This document shows positions 10,778 through 20,553 of a DNA stretch of 64,000 nucleotides, piece after piece. Both the position numbers and the translations under genes were made by a program. Location of the stretch: contig CACGVZ010000002.1 of the NCBI GenBank assembly GCA_902576415.1, forward strand, positions 11,852-75,851. The letters run 5' to 3'. This stretch comes from an uncultured Prochlorococcus sp. (GTDB lineage Bacteria; Cyanobacteriota; Cyanobacteriia; PCC-6307; Cyanobiaceae). The notes under the pieces are model-generated. The model worked only from the letters and a program-made list of their open reading frames with translations. It ran no database searches and was not told where the DNA came from. The stretch's first letter is position 1. Each line of letters starts with the position of its first letter.

Positions 10778-11047
10778 TCATCCTCTGATTCCAATTTTCT
10801 TTACTAAATCTTGGTATTTCTGAACGTTTTTGTCTTTTATGTAAGATAGTAATCTTTTCCTTTTACCAATCATTTTTAATAATCCTTGCCTTGAAGCGAA
10901 ATCATGAATGTTTCCTTGGAGATGGTTACTTAATTTCGATATTCTTTTAGAGAGCATTGCCACCTGAACTTCAACTGAACCTGTATCAGTTGGATGAACT
11001 TGATGAGTTTCAATAAGCTTCTGTTTTTCAGCTGTATCTAATGACAT
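10778..11047 (-). CDS. rpsO: 30S ribosomal protein S15
   Basis: [13 protein letters not shown]...[20 protein letters not shown]. Confidence 0.98.
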   Translation of the reverse strand: MSLDTAEKQKLIETHQVHPTDTGSVEVQVAMLSKRISKLSNHLQGNIHDFASRQGLLKMIGKRKRLLSYIKDKNVQKYQDLVKKIGIRG

Positions 11048-11079
11048 AAAATTTATTTTCCTTAATCTATGATACTACG

Positions 11080-11754
11080 TCATCTAGCTAAATTACTATT
11101 ATCCATATCTAGATAATTCATAGCTAATTTCAATAAATTTTCAAAAGATAAATTTTTTTCTTTTTTATCAAGGATGTCTACTTTTTGAATAATAATTGGC
11201 AAAATTGTCTTTATTTCTTTATTTTTGTAATTTAATGATTGAAGGGTTAACTGGAGGTCATCAATCATTTTATTAATTTCATTATCATTGATCTCCAATT
11301 CATCTTTGCCTTCTTTTTCAAATTGTATTTTACTTTTAAATTTACTTTTTAATTCTAAAATTAACCGATCACTCATTTTTTGTCCTATACCAGGTACGGA
11401 ACAGATTAATTTTTTGTTTTGAGTTTTTATTGCATTGATAACTTCGCTAATAGATAATTTATTTAATAAACCCATGCCAATTTGAGATCCAACACCTCGA
11501 ACACTTAAAATTTCAGTAAAGAAATTCTTTTGATCCTTTGATGTAAAACCAAATAATAAATCTGATTCTTCTTTCTTAATATGTTTTATCCAAAGAGTGA
11601 TCTTTTTATTAGGTATCTGATTTGTTTTTAATTTGATAAAAAAAGATTCTAATATTTGTATTTCATATCCTAATCCTTGACAATTTATTAAAACAAAAAA
11701 TTTTTGATTAGTTTGCCATAATTCAACAAACTCTCCATTTATCCAGCTAATCAA
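11080..11754 (-). CDS. ruvA: Holliday junction branch-migration protein RuvA
   Basis: MISWING, LFGF, VRGVG and VPGIGQKMSDRLILELK HhH motifs. Confidence 0.93.
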   Translation of the reverse strand: MISWINGEFVELWQTNQKFFVLINCQGLGYEIQILESFFIKLKTNQIPNKKITLWIKHIKKEESDLLFGFTSKDQKNFFTEILSVRGVGSQIGMGLLNKLSISEVINAIKTQNKKLICSVPGIGQKMSDRLILELKSKFKSKIQFEKEGKDELEINDNEINKMIDDLQLTLQSLNYKNKEIKTILPIIIQKVDILDKKEKNLSFENLLKLAMNYLDMDNSNLAR

Positions 11755-12111
11755 TTAACCACCATCCACCTGACATCCAATTAGTGCACCTGCAGTCCCA
11801 CCAGCAGGTACTGCCCAAAATCTATCTTTCCCTCTAGAGGAGGAAAGTGCTATTCCAGCTCCAAGAAGACCTCCTATAACGGTACCTTCACTGCAGTCAT
11901 TGTCGTCAATTTTTTCCACTTGACGTTGACCTCCGCAAGGTATTTCCACATCAACTTCATAACTTTTTACGTAACCGGGGTTTGATTTTGTTCCAGGAAT
12001 ATATTCTTCTCTATATTCAGTTCTTGTACAAGTTACTGATTTCGGAGTAGTTGCATTAACTTGAACAATAGGAGAAAAACAAAATAATAAAGCTAAATAG
12101 AAAAGTTTCAC
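11755..12111 (-). CDS. exported glycine-zipper 2TM protein
   Basis: N-terminal signal peptide (…VQVNA); C-terminal GTVIGGLLGAGIA and AGGTAGALIG glycine zippers. Confidence 0.75.
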   Translation of the reverse strand: MKLFYLALLFCFSPIVQVNATTPKSVTCTRTEYREEYIPGTKSNPGYVKSYEVDVEIPCGGQRQVEKIDDNDCSEGTVIGGLLGAGIALSSSRGKDRFWAVPAGGTAGALIGCQVDGG

Positions 12112-12138
12112 TAGTTTTTTTATTATTCTTCTAATATT

Positions 12139-13029
12139 CTATGTCCTTTTTATTATTTTGGTAGTGGAAATAATAGTTCCTAATAAAACTAGTGTGGCCC
12201 CTAATAAAAAATTTAAGTTTATTATTTCACTAAAAAACAAAATTCCCCAAATAGAGCCGAATAAAACTTGCAAATAGTTAATTGTTGAAGCTTCAGAAGC
12301 AGGTAAATTTTTTAATCCTATAGTTAAGAAGGTCTGACCTAATTGAGTAAATAAGCCAATGCCAATTATCCATATTAATTCATTCCAATTTGGGGTAACC
12401 CAGTTCATTAATACAATTGGCAACAACGTTATAAAAGAAACAAGTGGAAAATATTCAATAATTACATAAATATCTTCTGTAAAAGAAAGTTTTTTTACTG
12501 TAACGTAAGCTAATGCAGTGCAGATTGCTCCAAGAAATGCTATTAAAATCGTAAAATTTTCAATTTTAACGTTTATGTTTGATAATTGACTTGGATTTAA
12601 TATTACTAATATTCCAATCCAGCCAATAATTAAGGCAAAAATTATATTCCGAGTTATTTTTTCGTTTATAAATATGCCTGCAAATATAGATATAAAGATA
12701 GGATATGTGTACTGAATGACAGTAGATATACTAAGGGGCATATTTCTTATCGCATAAAAAATACAAACTAAAGCTAAAGTGCCTAAAACGCCTCTTAAAA
12801 TAAGTAAAGGTCTATTTTTGCCCCAAGGATTTATATTTTTTAGATTAATTATGAATAATGTAATAATTAAACTTAATAAAGATCTAAATAAAACCAATTC
12901 ATAAATAGGTATCCTTTTATCAATATTTTTTACACACAAAGTCATCAAACTAAAAAAGAATGAAGCAAATACCAAATTAAACTTATTCAATGAATTAAAT
13001 TTTTTTTCTAATATCGCGATATTTATCAT
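12139..13029 (-). CDS. DMT/EamA-family transporter
   Basis: about 10 TM helices in two repeats; LRGVLG, IQYTYPIF and NEK motifs. Confidence 0.9.
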   Translation of the reverse strand: MINIAILEKKFNSLNKFNLVFASFFFSLMTLCVKNIDKRIPIYELVLFRSLLSLIITLFIINLKNINPWGKNRPLLILRGVLGTLALVCIFYAIRNMPLSISTVIQYTYPIFISIFAGIFINEKITRNIIFALIIGWIGILVILNPSQLSNINVKIENFTILIAFLGAICTALAYVTVKKLSFTEDIYVIIEYFPLVSFITLLPIVLMNWVTPNWNELIWIIGIGLFTQLGQTFLTIGLKNLPASEASTINYLQVLFGSIWGILFFSEIINLNFLLGATLVLLGTIISTTKIIKRT

Positions 13030-13122
13030 TTAAAAATAGTTTTATTGTGAAATTAAGTAGATTCTTATTTGATTTTGACCTATAACAAATAAATCATTAT
13101 TTATTTTTTGATAAAAATCTCA

Positions 13123-15156
13123 ATGGTTCATTCTATACACCCAAGAACTATTCAAGAGGTTAAGGAAAAGGCAGATATTGTTGATGTCATATCTGAACAT
13201 ATAGTTCTTAAGAAGAAAGGGAAGGAATTTGTTGGAATTTGTCCTTTTCATGATGATACTAAGCCATCTATGACAGTATCACCAAGTAAACAATTTTATT
13301 ATTGTTTTTCTTGTGGTGCTGGTGGTAACTCTATTAAATTCCTAATGGAATTTACTCGTGCAAATTTTTCTGATGTTGTATTGTCTCTAGCAAAAAAGAA
13401 TAATATTAATGTTGAAAATCTTGAAGGTCCACAAGTAGAAGCATATAAAAAACAATTATCCAGAAAGGAAGAACTTTATAAAATATTAAGAGTCACTAAA
13501 AATTGGTTTAAGTCCCAATTAAATAGTTCTCTTGGTGATGAAGCAATGAAATATTTAATATCAAAAAGAAAATTAAATAATAAAATTATTGATAACTTTG
13601 AATTAGGTTTCGCTCCAAATTCATGGGATAGTTTATTTAATTATCTAACCAAGGTAGAAAAATTTCCTGTTAATCTCATATTGGCTTCAGGTCTTGCAAT
13701 TTCTAAAGATAATTCTGACAAGACTTATGATCGTTTTAGAAATAGATTAATTGTTCCAATTCATGATATGCAGGGACGCGTAGTTGCTTTTGGAGGTAGA
13801 TCTCTTGATGGTCAGGAACCTAAATATCTTAATTCTCCTGAATCTGAGATATTTGAAAAGGGAAAAATGATGTTTGCATTCGAAAAAGCTTCTAGCAATA
13901 TTAGAAAAAGAGATAAAGCTATTATTGTCGAAGGCTACTTTGATGCGATTTCTCTTCATTCAAAAGGCATTACTAATTCCGTTGCCTCTCTTGGTACTGC
14001 ATTAAATAAGTATCAAATTTCTCAACTTTGTAGATGTACAGATAATAAAAACATAATTTTGAATTTTGATTCTGATAATGCTGGAATCTTAGCTACGAAA
14101 AGAGTAATAAAAGAAGTCGAAAGCTTATCTCTCCATGATCAAATTAATCTTAAGATACTTCAACTAAGAGATTTTAAAGATCCTGACGAATATTTGAATA
14201 GTAATACTCCTGAAGATTATTTTAATTTAATTGATAATTCATCCTTTTGGATTGATTGGGAAATAGATCAGATTTTTAAAGATAAAGATTTAACTAAGTC
14301 TGAAATTTTCCAAAGTGTTATTTCATCATTGGTAAAATTGTTAAGTAAATTACCTCAATCATCAACTAGAACACATTACTTACAAAAAGTTGCTGAGCAA
14401 TTAAGTAAAGGTCAAGCTAGGTTAGCAATACAGTTTGAACAAGATTTAAGAACTCAAGTTAAGGGATTTCGTTGGCATGGTAGATCAAAAAAATTTGAAC
14501 AGCCAAATGAAATTTCCCGACGGGAGAAAAATGAATCGGAAGTAATCTTTTATTATTTACATTGTCCAGATCTTAGGCTATTTATTCGTGATGAATTTCT
14601 CAAAAGAGAAATAAATGTTTTTAATACTAGTTATATTCAAAGCCTATGGGAAGCTATTTCAAAAATTGAAGAAAATAATTTAGGTTTAAACTACTTAAAT
14701 GATTTAAAACAATTAAATAGTCAAAATCTTCAAAAAGATTTTTCTTCTATTAACTTAATTTCACATCTTCCTGATTACTTAGCTCTCAATAATCCTGACT
14801 CATCAAATAAAATTAATATTTTTATTAATCCAAATGAGTTGTTTTTAACATTGCTAAGTAATCCCAAAGACAATTTACTAGGAACATTATCACTTCTTGA
14901 GAAATATAATTCTCTTAAAAGATGTAGACACCTAATCGAATCTTGGGGATCTCAAAGATTAAAAACTTTAGAAAATTGTATATCTATCTTAATTGATAAT
15001 CCTTCTTCAGGTTCTTCTAATACAAATAAAGAGATAGATGATCTTTTCAAGGATTTAAACTCAGATGCTATAAAATTTCAGGAACTATATTATTTAGAAA
15101 GGCAACATATTAATTTTTTAGATAAACAACGTTGTGGCAATTTCATCGCTAGTTAA
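13123..15156 (+). CDS. dnaG: DNA primase
   Basis: CPFH...CFSC zinc finger, DRFRNR, PKYLNSPE, and TOPRIM VEGYFD...FDSDNAG. Confidence 0.97.
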   Translation: MVHSIHPRTIQEVKEKADIVDVISEHIVLKKKGKEFVGICPFHDDTKPSMTVSPSKQFYYCFSCGAGGNSIKFLMEFTRANFSDVVLSLAKKNNINVENLEGPQVEAYKKQLSRKEELYKILRVTKNWFKSQLNSSLGDEAMKYLISKRKLNNKIIDNFELGFAPNSWDSLFNYLTKVEKFPVNLILASGLAISKDNSDKTYDRFRNRLIVPIHDMQGRVVAFGGRSLDGQEPKYLNSPESEIFEKGKMMFAFEKASSNIRKRDKAIIVEGYFDAISLHSKGITNSVASLGTALNKYQISQLCRCTDNKNIILNFDSDNAGILATKRVIKEVESLSLHDQINLKILQLRDFKDPDEYLNSNTPEDYFNLIDNSSFWIDWEIDQIFKDKDLTKSEIFQSVISSLVKLLSKLPQSSTRTHYLQKVAEQLSKGQARLAIQFEQDLRTQVKGFRWHGRSKKFEQPNEISRREKNESEVIFYYLHCPDLRLFIRDEFLKREINVFNTSYIQSLWEAISKIEENNLGLNYLNDLKQLNSQNLQKDFSSINLISHLPDYLALNNPDSSNKINIFINPNELFLTLLSNPKDNLLGTLSLLEKYNSLKRCRHLIESWGSQRLKTLENCISILIDNPSSGSSNTNKEIDDLFKDLNSDAIKFQELYYLERQHINFLDKQRCGNFIAS

Positions 15157-15173
15157 TATAAAAATTTTTTAAT

Positions 15174-15641
15174 TCAAAGACAGTATTTTTCAATCATTCG
15201 TTTTACCTTTTTGGGTTTATCTTCAAGAACATAAGCTTCTACTTCTTTCGCATAAGTCCCAGAAAAATTTGAACTAGAGAATTCTAATGCTTTTCTTTTA
15301 CTTTGATGCAATTTGCTTTCTAATTTTTTTATATCCCCTATCGTTTTATTGTTATTACATTTTTGTATAGCATGAGTTGCTTCGTGTCTTAATGCTTTTC
15401 TTATCACCCTTTCTGTTTTGAAGTTATCTTTATTTGGGCTTTGTTTTTTACTTCTATAATTTGTTTTCCTTTTTGCATTTTCAGTACATATTATTATTTT
15501 ATTTTCTTTAAAATTATGTAGCCCTTTTATTTCTTTGTTTAATAGACATTCAATTTTATTTTCTTCAACTATGTAGTTTGCTTTCATTAATAAGTTAAGA
15601 ATCTCTTTATCTAATTTGCTCAAAAATAATACAAATTCCAT
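15174..15641 (-). CDS. hypothetical protein with HExxH zinc-metallopeptidase-like motif
   Basis: LRHEATHAIQKC followed by KEVEAY; starts 10 bp after the umuC stop. Confidence 0.7.
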   Translation of the reverse strand: MEFVLFLSKLDKEILNLLMKANYIVEENKIECLLNKEIKGLHNFKENKIIICTENAKRKTNYRSKKQSPNKDNFKTERVIRKALRHEATHAIQKCNNNKTIGDIKKLESKLHQSKRKALEFSSSNFSGTYAKEVEAYVLEDKPKKVKRMIEKYCL

Positions 15642-15651
15642 TCTATTTTGT

Positions 15652-16938
15652 TTACTTCACTATAGTTGGGATTTGTTCTATATCAGTTGTAGATGAGCGA
15701 CTTAAGAAATTCTTATTCATCTTCCAACTTTGTGGATTTTTTGTAATGGCCCATGTAATTGCATTGTTATTAAATCTTTTATTTAATAAATCAATCGTTT
15801 TCATAAGATTTGTTGATTTTTTTAAGACTTTCTGAGATTTGTAATTGATAACTGATTGCTGTAAATATTCGCTATTTGTTAAATCTTGCATTAAAACACC
15901 AGCTTTTGAGAATTTATATTCGGGATTATAAATTTCTTTAGATAATTCAACTACTATTTTTAAAATATTGTTTGTGTCATCTGTTGGATTTGTAAGTTTT
16001 CTATGAGCACTTCTTTGATAATTTTGACTTGAATATTTACTGGTTCTAGCAAATACTCTAATATTAGATGATTGCAAATTCTGACTTCTCATTTTTTCAG
16101 AGGCTTTTATTGCGTGAGTTGCCAGTGCTTGAGTTAAGTCTTCTAATTTTGTGATAGGCGTGCCGAAACTCCTGCTCACCTGAATTTCTTTTTTTGATTT
16201 CTTATTTTTTTCTATGGGCAGGCATCTATGGCCTTTCAGTTCTAATTGCAGTCTTTTCCCTACGATGCCTAATTTTTTAATGATTTCATTTTCTTCCATA
16301 TCTCTTAGTTCTCTCGCATTTTTAATACCTTTACTTTGCAACCAATTAGAGGTTTGTTTCCCGACTCCCCATATCTTATCTATACTAATTCTTTTCAAAT
16401 AATTATTTTCATTTTCGGTTCTAGCTAAATCAAATATTCCAGCTGAATAATCAATATTTTTAGCTAGTTTATTAGCAATTTTTGCTCTTACTTTATTTTC
16501 TCCTATTCCTACTGTTATGGTAATCCCTAGATTCTGATATATTAATGATCTTATGCTTCTTGCCCAAGGATATAGATTCTCATCATTAGGTCTAGAAATC
16601 GAGACGAATGCTTCGTCAATAGAATAAATTTCTATCTGCTCACAATAGTTTTTCAGTAAATTCATTAGTCTTCTGCTCATATCCCCATAAAGCGAGTAGT
16701 TTGAGCTTAAGACTGCTACATCTAATTTATTTAGTCTTTCTTTGACCTTAAAATACGGAGTTCCCATTTTAATTTTTAAAGCTCGCGCTTCAGGGCTTCT
16801 TGCAATGATACATCCGTCATTATTAGATAAAATTACTACTGGTTTATTTCTCAAATGAGGATTAATATTTTGTTCGCATGATGCGTAAAAATTATTAGCA
16901 TCTATAAGAGCTATTGCATCAATATTTGAAATTCTCAT
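15652..16938 (-). CDS. umuC: Y-family DNA polymerase V catalytic subunit
   Basis: DANNFYASCE, VVILSNNDGC, YSIDEAF, KAGV, and C-terminal W.M....LS...TT. Confidence 0.95.
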   Translation of the reverse strand: MRISNIDAIALIDANNFYASCEQNINPHLRNKPVVILSNNDGCIIARSPEARALKIKMGTPYFKVKERLNKLDVAVLSSNYSLYGDMSRRLMNLLKNYCEQIEIYSIDEAFVSISRPNDENLYPWARSIRSLIYQNLGITITVGIGENKVRAKIANKLAKNIDYSAGIFDLARTENENNYLKRISIDKIWGVGKQTSNWLQSKGIKNARELRDMEENEIIKKLGIVGKRLQLELKGHRCLPIEKNKKSKKEIQVSRSFGTPITKLEDLTQALATHAIKASEKMRSQNLQSSNIRVFARTSKYSSQNYQRSAHRKLTNPTDDTNNILKIVVELSKEIYNPEYKFSKAGVLMQDLTNSEYLQQSVINYKSQKVLKKSTNLMKTIDLLNKRFNNNAITWAITKNPQSWKMNKNFLSRSSTTDIEQIPTIVK

Positions 16939-17351
16939 AAATAGCTATGTATTGAATAAATAACAACCCCCCATATCTGTACATCAATATGGTTTTTAAA
17001 TCTAAAATCAGGATAATTATGATTTTCTGCTTTTAAATATAATTCATTATTTTTTATAGATAATCTTTTTATTGTAAATTCTCCGTCTATCATTGCAATG
17101 ATGATATTCCCTGGCCTGGCTGTTAAGCTCTTGTCTACTATTATTAAATCTTTATCTTTAATTCCTGCATTTATCATTGAGTTACCTTTAACTCTAAGAA
17201 AAAAAGTGCTAAACGGATTAGATATTAAATGTTCGTTTAAATCAATATTTTCTTCTGTATAGTCATCTGCAGGAGAAGGAAACCCTGCTGATACCGAATC
17301 AGTTAATAAGGGGATTTTAATTTTTTTAGTAGTTGAATCAAAAGAATCCAA
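16935..17351 (-). CDS. umuD: DNA polymerase V accessory subunit (S24 autopeptidase)
   Basis: cleavage site SAGFPSPADDY, catalytic GNSM and FTIKR; ATGA overlap with umuC. Confidence 0.95.
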   Translation of the reverse strand: MDSFDSTTKKIKIPLLTDSVSAGFPSPADDYTEENIDLNEHLISNPFSTFFLRVKGNSMINAGIKDKDLIIVDKSLTARPGNIIIAMIDGEFTIKRLSIKNNELYLKAENHNYPDFRFKNHIDVQIWGVVIYSIHSYL

Positions 17352-17362
17352 GGTTAAATTGA

Positions 17363-17378
17363 TAGTATATATGTACTA
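17363..17378. promoter_or_regulatory. LexA box upstream of umuD
   Basis: TAGTATA-TA-TGTACTA, one mismatch from the palindromic picocyanobacterial consensus TAGTACA-N2-TGTACTA; 12 bp from the umuD TTG start. Confidence 0.85.
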
Positions 17379-17449
17379 TATAGTAAAAATTCAAAAAATG
17401 GTTAGTTATTAAACTTTTATAGATTAATTTTAGATTGAATCTAATCTTT

Positions 17450-17866
17450 TTAAGAACGATGGTAAGGGGAGTTGTTAGAGATAGAAATAGCTCTATAGAT
17501 TTGCTCGATTAGGATTAATCTAGCTAATTCATGTGGAAAAGTTAAAGGAGACAGGCTTAGTACAAGATCTGATTTTTCTTTTATATCTGAATTAACTCCA
17601 TCAGTATCACCGATTAAGAAATTAATTTTTTTATTTTTAAAATTCATGAGTAAGGAACATAGTTGAACTGAATTAAACTGTTTCCCTTCTTCACTTAGGC
17701 AGATAATAATATTGTTATTGGATCTAAGATTATTTAAATTAAAAGTCTTTAACTCATTAATGATAAGTTCAGGCATTCTTTTTTTGTATTGATTAATTCC
17801 ATCTCTAATCCAAAGTTTCTTTATTTTGCCGATAGCATAAATTGCTAATCTATTACTCTGAAGCAT
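17450..17866 (-). CDS. rlmH: 23S rRNA pseudouridine-1915 N3-methyltransferase
   Basis: [39 protein letters not shown] and PYHR. Confidence 0.93.
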   Translation of the reverse strand: MLQSNRLAIYAIGKIKKLWIRDGINQYKKRMPELIINELKTFNLNNLRSNNNIIICLSEEGKQFNSVQLCSLLMNFKNKKINFLIGDTDGVNSDIKEKSDLVLSLSPLTFPHELARLILIEQIYRAISISNNSPYHRS

Positions 17867-17885
17867 AAGTAAATATTAAAACTAA

Positions 17886-18218
17886 TTATTCATCAAGAAG
17901 ATAATTAAATTCATCATATAGTTCCTCTTCTGTTGTTAATTTCTTGGAAAAATTATCTTTTTTAGAATTCATATTAATTTGATTAATCTCACTTTTTCTT
18001 AGTGAATTATTAACGTTGGAAGTCTCTTCTAAAGATTCTGAATTATCAATTAACGAATAAAAAATTTTATTAGGATCTTCTGAATTAAGTGGTTTGGTGA
18101 TTAAATTATCATTATTAGTTATATTTGTGTAATTATTTATATTTTTACTTTCGATATTTAAATTTTTCTTTTTCTTAAATTTATTGAGTTTATCTAAATT
18201 TTTTTTTGATAAGCTCAT
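17886..18218 (-). CDS. hypothetical low-complexity protein
   Basis: 110-aa ORF filling the space between rlmH and rsmA; acidic C-terminus EEELYDEFNYLLDE. Confidence 0.65.
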   Translation of the reverse strand: MSLSKKNLDKLNKFKKKKNLNIESKNINNYTNITNNDNLITKPLNSEDPNKIFYSLIDNSESLEETSNVNNSLRKSEINQINMNSKKDNFSKKLTTEEELYDEFNYLLDE

Positions 18219-18274
18219 GATATAAAGTATTAAATAAATTCATATTTAATTTAAACATATTATTTATCTTTTGG

Positions 18275-19099
18275 ATGAATTCTAAAAACTATCATCAAAA
18301 AAAAAGATTTGGACAACACTGGTTGGTAAATAAAAAAATATTAGAAAAAATTAAAGAAATTGCTGTTCTTAATGAAAATGACTTTATTTTAGAAATTGGT
18401 CCTGGTAAAGGAGCTTTAACCTCTAAGTTGTTAGATTCAGAAATTAAAAAATTACATGCAATTGAGTTAGATAAAGATTTGATAAATTTATTAAATGATA
18501 AATTCAACAATAACAATAAGTTTTCACTGCAGCAGGGAGATATTCTAACTGTAAATTTAGAATCGATTAATAAGAAGATTACAAAAGTGATTGCAAATAT
18601 TCCTTACAATATAACTGGCCCAATATTGGATATTTTCATAGGTCGATTGGGCATTATAAGAAACTATAATTACGAAAAAATAATATTTTTGATGCAAAAA
18701 GACGTTGTAGATAGGATTTTGTCAAAAGAAGGTAGTCCCAATGCTGGTGCGCTTAGTATAAGAATGCAACTTTTATCAAAAATAAAAAGAATATGTGATG
18801 TGCCGCCTTCATCATTTAGTCCGCCTCCAAAAGTTTTTTCTTCTTTAGTAGTTTTCGAACCAATTAAGAATGATTTAAGACTAGATGTTGGTCTAGAGAA
18901 ATTTATAGATAAACTTCTTCGAATTTCATTTAATTCAAGAAGAAAAATGCTTAGAAATACTCTTAATTCAATACTTTCAAATGAAGAGATAAATGAATTA
19001 TCTGAATCTTCAAAAGTTTGTTTTAATTTAAGACCACAAGATATTTCAATTGACCAATGGATTAAGCTTGCAGAAAATTGTATTAAAATTAAAAAATAA
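18275..19099 (+). CDS. rsmA: 16S rRNA adenine dimethyltransferase
   Basis: [25 protein letters not shown] and FSPPPKV. Confidence 0.96.
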   Translation: MNSKNYHQKKRFGQHWLVNKKILEKIKEIAVLNENDFILEIGPGKGALTSKLLDSEIKKLHAIELDKDLINLLNDKFNNNNKFSLQQGDILTVNLESINKKITKVIANIPYNITGPILDIFIGRLGIIRNYNYEKIIFLMQKDVVDRILSKEGSPNAGALSIRMQLLSKIKRICDVPPSSFSPPPKVFSSLVVFEPIKNDLRLDVGLEKFIDKLLRISFNSRRKMLRNTLNSILSNEEINELSESSKVCFNLRPQDISIDQWIKLAENCIKIKK

Positions 19100-19111
19100 A
19101 AATTTAAATAT

Positions 19112-20047
19112 ATGCAAGATTTAGCTAAAACGAAAATTAATATAAAATCTCCTGCCAAAATAAATTTGCACCTTGAAGTTATTGGTAAAAGAGAGGATGG
19201 ATTTCATGAGTTAGCAATGATTATGCAAAATATTGATCTTTCTGATTATTTAGAATTTGAAATTAATAATGAAGGTTTAATTAAACTTGAGTCTGATTGT
19301 AATGATTTAAGCTTATCTGATGATAACTTAATTGTTAAATCGGCAAATCTATTAAGGGAAAAATTAAATATAGATTACGGAACGAATATATTTTTAAGAA
19401 AAAATATTCCAATTGGCGCAGGATTAGCCGGTGGATCTAGTAATGCAGCAGCAACATTAATTGGTCTTAATAAGTTATGGGATTTGAACTTAGATCAAGA
19501 AACATTATGTTTATTAGCATCAACTTTAGGATCTGATATTCCCTTTTTTATAAATGGTGGTATTCAATTATGTTTTGGGAGAGGAGAAATTTTGGAGAAA
19601 ATAGATTCAAACTTTGAATATGGAGTAATTCTTTTAAAAAATCCAAATGTATCAGTATCTACAGCTGAAACTTATAAAAAATATAGTAATAGATTTTGTG
19701 ATCAATATCTTACTGATAATGATATTATTGAGAACATAAGAAAAAATTTAAGAGATAATGGTTTAAATAACTTAAATTTTGATAATCAAAATTTATCTAT
19801 TAAAAATGATTTGCAGTTAGTTGTTGAAAATGAAAATGATTCTGTAATGCAGGCATTATATTTACTCTCTAAATTAGAAAACTGTCTCACATTTTCAATG
19901 AGTGGATCAGGCCCTACATGCTTTGCACTTTTTAAAGATATAGAGACTGCTAAAAAAGAATTTACTGCAAACTATAAATTGTTTAGAAATAAAGGTTACG
20001 ATTCATGGGTTTGCACTTTCCTTGAAAAGGGAATAACATTCATTTAA
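19112..20047 (+). CDS. ispE: CDP-ME kinase
   Basis: SPAKINLHL, KNIPIGAGLAGGSSNAA, LGSDIPF and MSGSGP. Confidence 0.97.
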   Translation: MQDLAKTKINIKSPAKINLHLEVIGKREDGFHELAMIMQNIDLSDYLEFEINNEGLIKLESDCNDLSLSDDNLIVKSANLLREKLNIDYGTNIFLRKNIPIGAGLAGGSSNAAATLIGLNKLWDLNLDQETLCLLASTLGSDIPFFINGGIQLCFGRGEILEKIDSNFEYGVILLKNPNVSVSTAETYKKYSNRFCDQYLTDNDIIENIRKNLRDNGLNNLNFDNQNLSIKNDLQLVVENENDSVMQALYLLSKLENCLTFSMSGSGPTCFALFKDIETAKKEFTANYKLFRNKGYDSWVCTFLEKGITFI

Positions 20048-20071
20048 AATTTTTTTATACAAAATTTTATT

Positions 20072-20374
20072 GTGGTTGATAATAGTAATGAGAATATTGA
20101 AAAAAATATTCCCGAAAAAGGACCATTAAATTTTATTGTAGGTTCATTAACAAGTTTTTTATTATTTATATTTTTTTATTTTTTAAGTAATAAAATTGCA
20201 ATTTATTTTTCAGTACATAAACCATCTAATTCTTCTGAAATAGTCCAAAATATCTCTTCTAGTATTAATACCTTAATAATTGGATTATCTTTTTTGCTAA
20301 CTTTTTCCTTTGCTTTTATAGGTATAGGACTTTTTATTGTATTTATTCGCAGTTTTTTTCTGAAGAAAAATTGA
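20072..20374 (+). CDS. 2-TM membrane protein (DUF3082-like)
   Basis: KGPLNFIVGSLTS start, two hydrophobic helices, TFSFAFIGIGL. Confidence 0.72.
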   Translation: MVDNSNENIEKNIPEKGPLNFIVGSLTSFLLFIFFYFLSNKIAIYFSVHKPSNSSEIVQNISSSINTLIIGLSFLLTFSFAFIGIGLFIVFIRSFFLKKN

Positions 20375-20408
20375 ATTGCCAATATTATTAAGAAAACACT
20401 TTCTTTGA

Positions 20409-20504
20409 ATGTCTTTACATGACTTAGGCCTTTTAGTCCTTTTGCTGTCACCTGGAATGATTTTATCAATATTACTACTCATAACCTTCGCTGAAGGAGG
20501 TTGA
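20409..20504 (+). CDS. putative 31-aa small membrane protein (absent from ORF track)
   Basis: ATG..TGA giving MSLHDLGLLVLLLSPGMILSILLLITFAEGG; co-oriented, and visibly GC-richer than local spacers. Confidence 0.6.
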   Translation: MSLHDLGLLVLLLSPGMILSILLLITFAEGG

Positions 20505-20553
20505 ATTATTTAAAGTGGTAGGATTATATATGTGATTAATTAGGTAATTAATT

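Noticed and set aside
20203-20482. Two minus-strand ORFs (88 and 61 aa) across the DUF3082-pdhB gap
   Set aside because: They overlap the DUF3082-like gene on the opposite strand; the co-oriented 31-aa plus-strand ORF explains the region better
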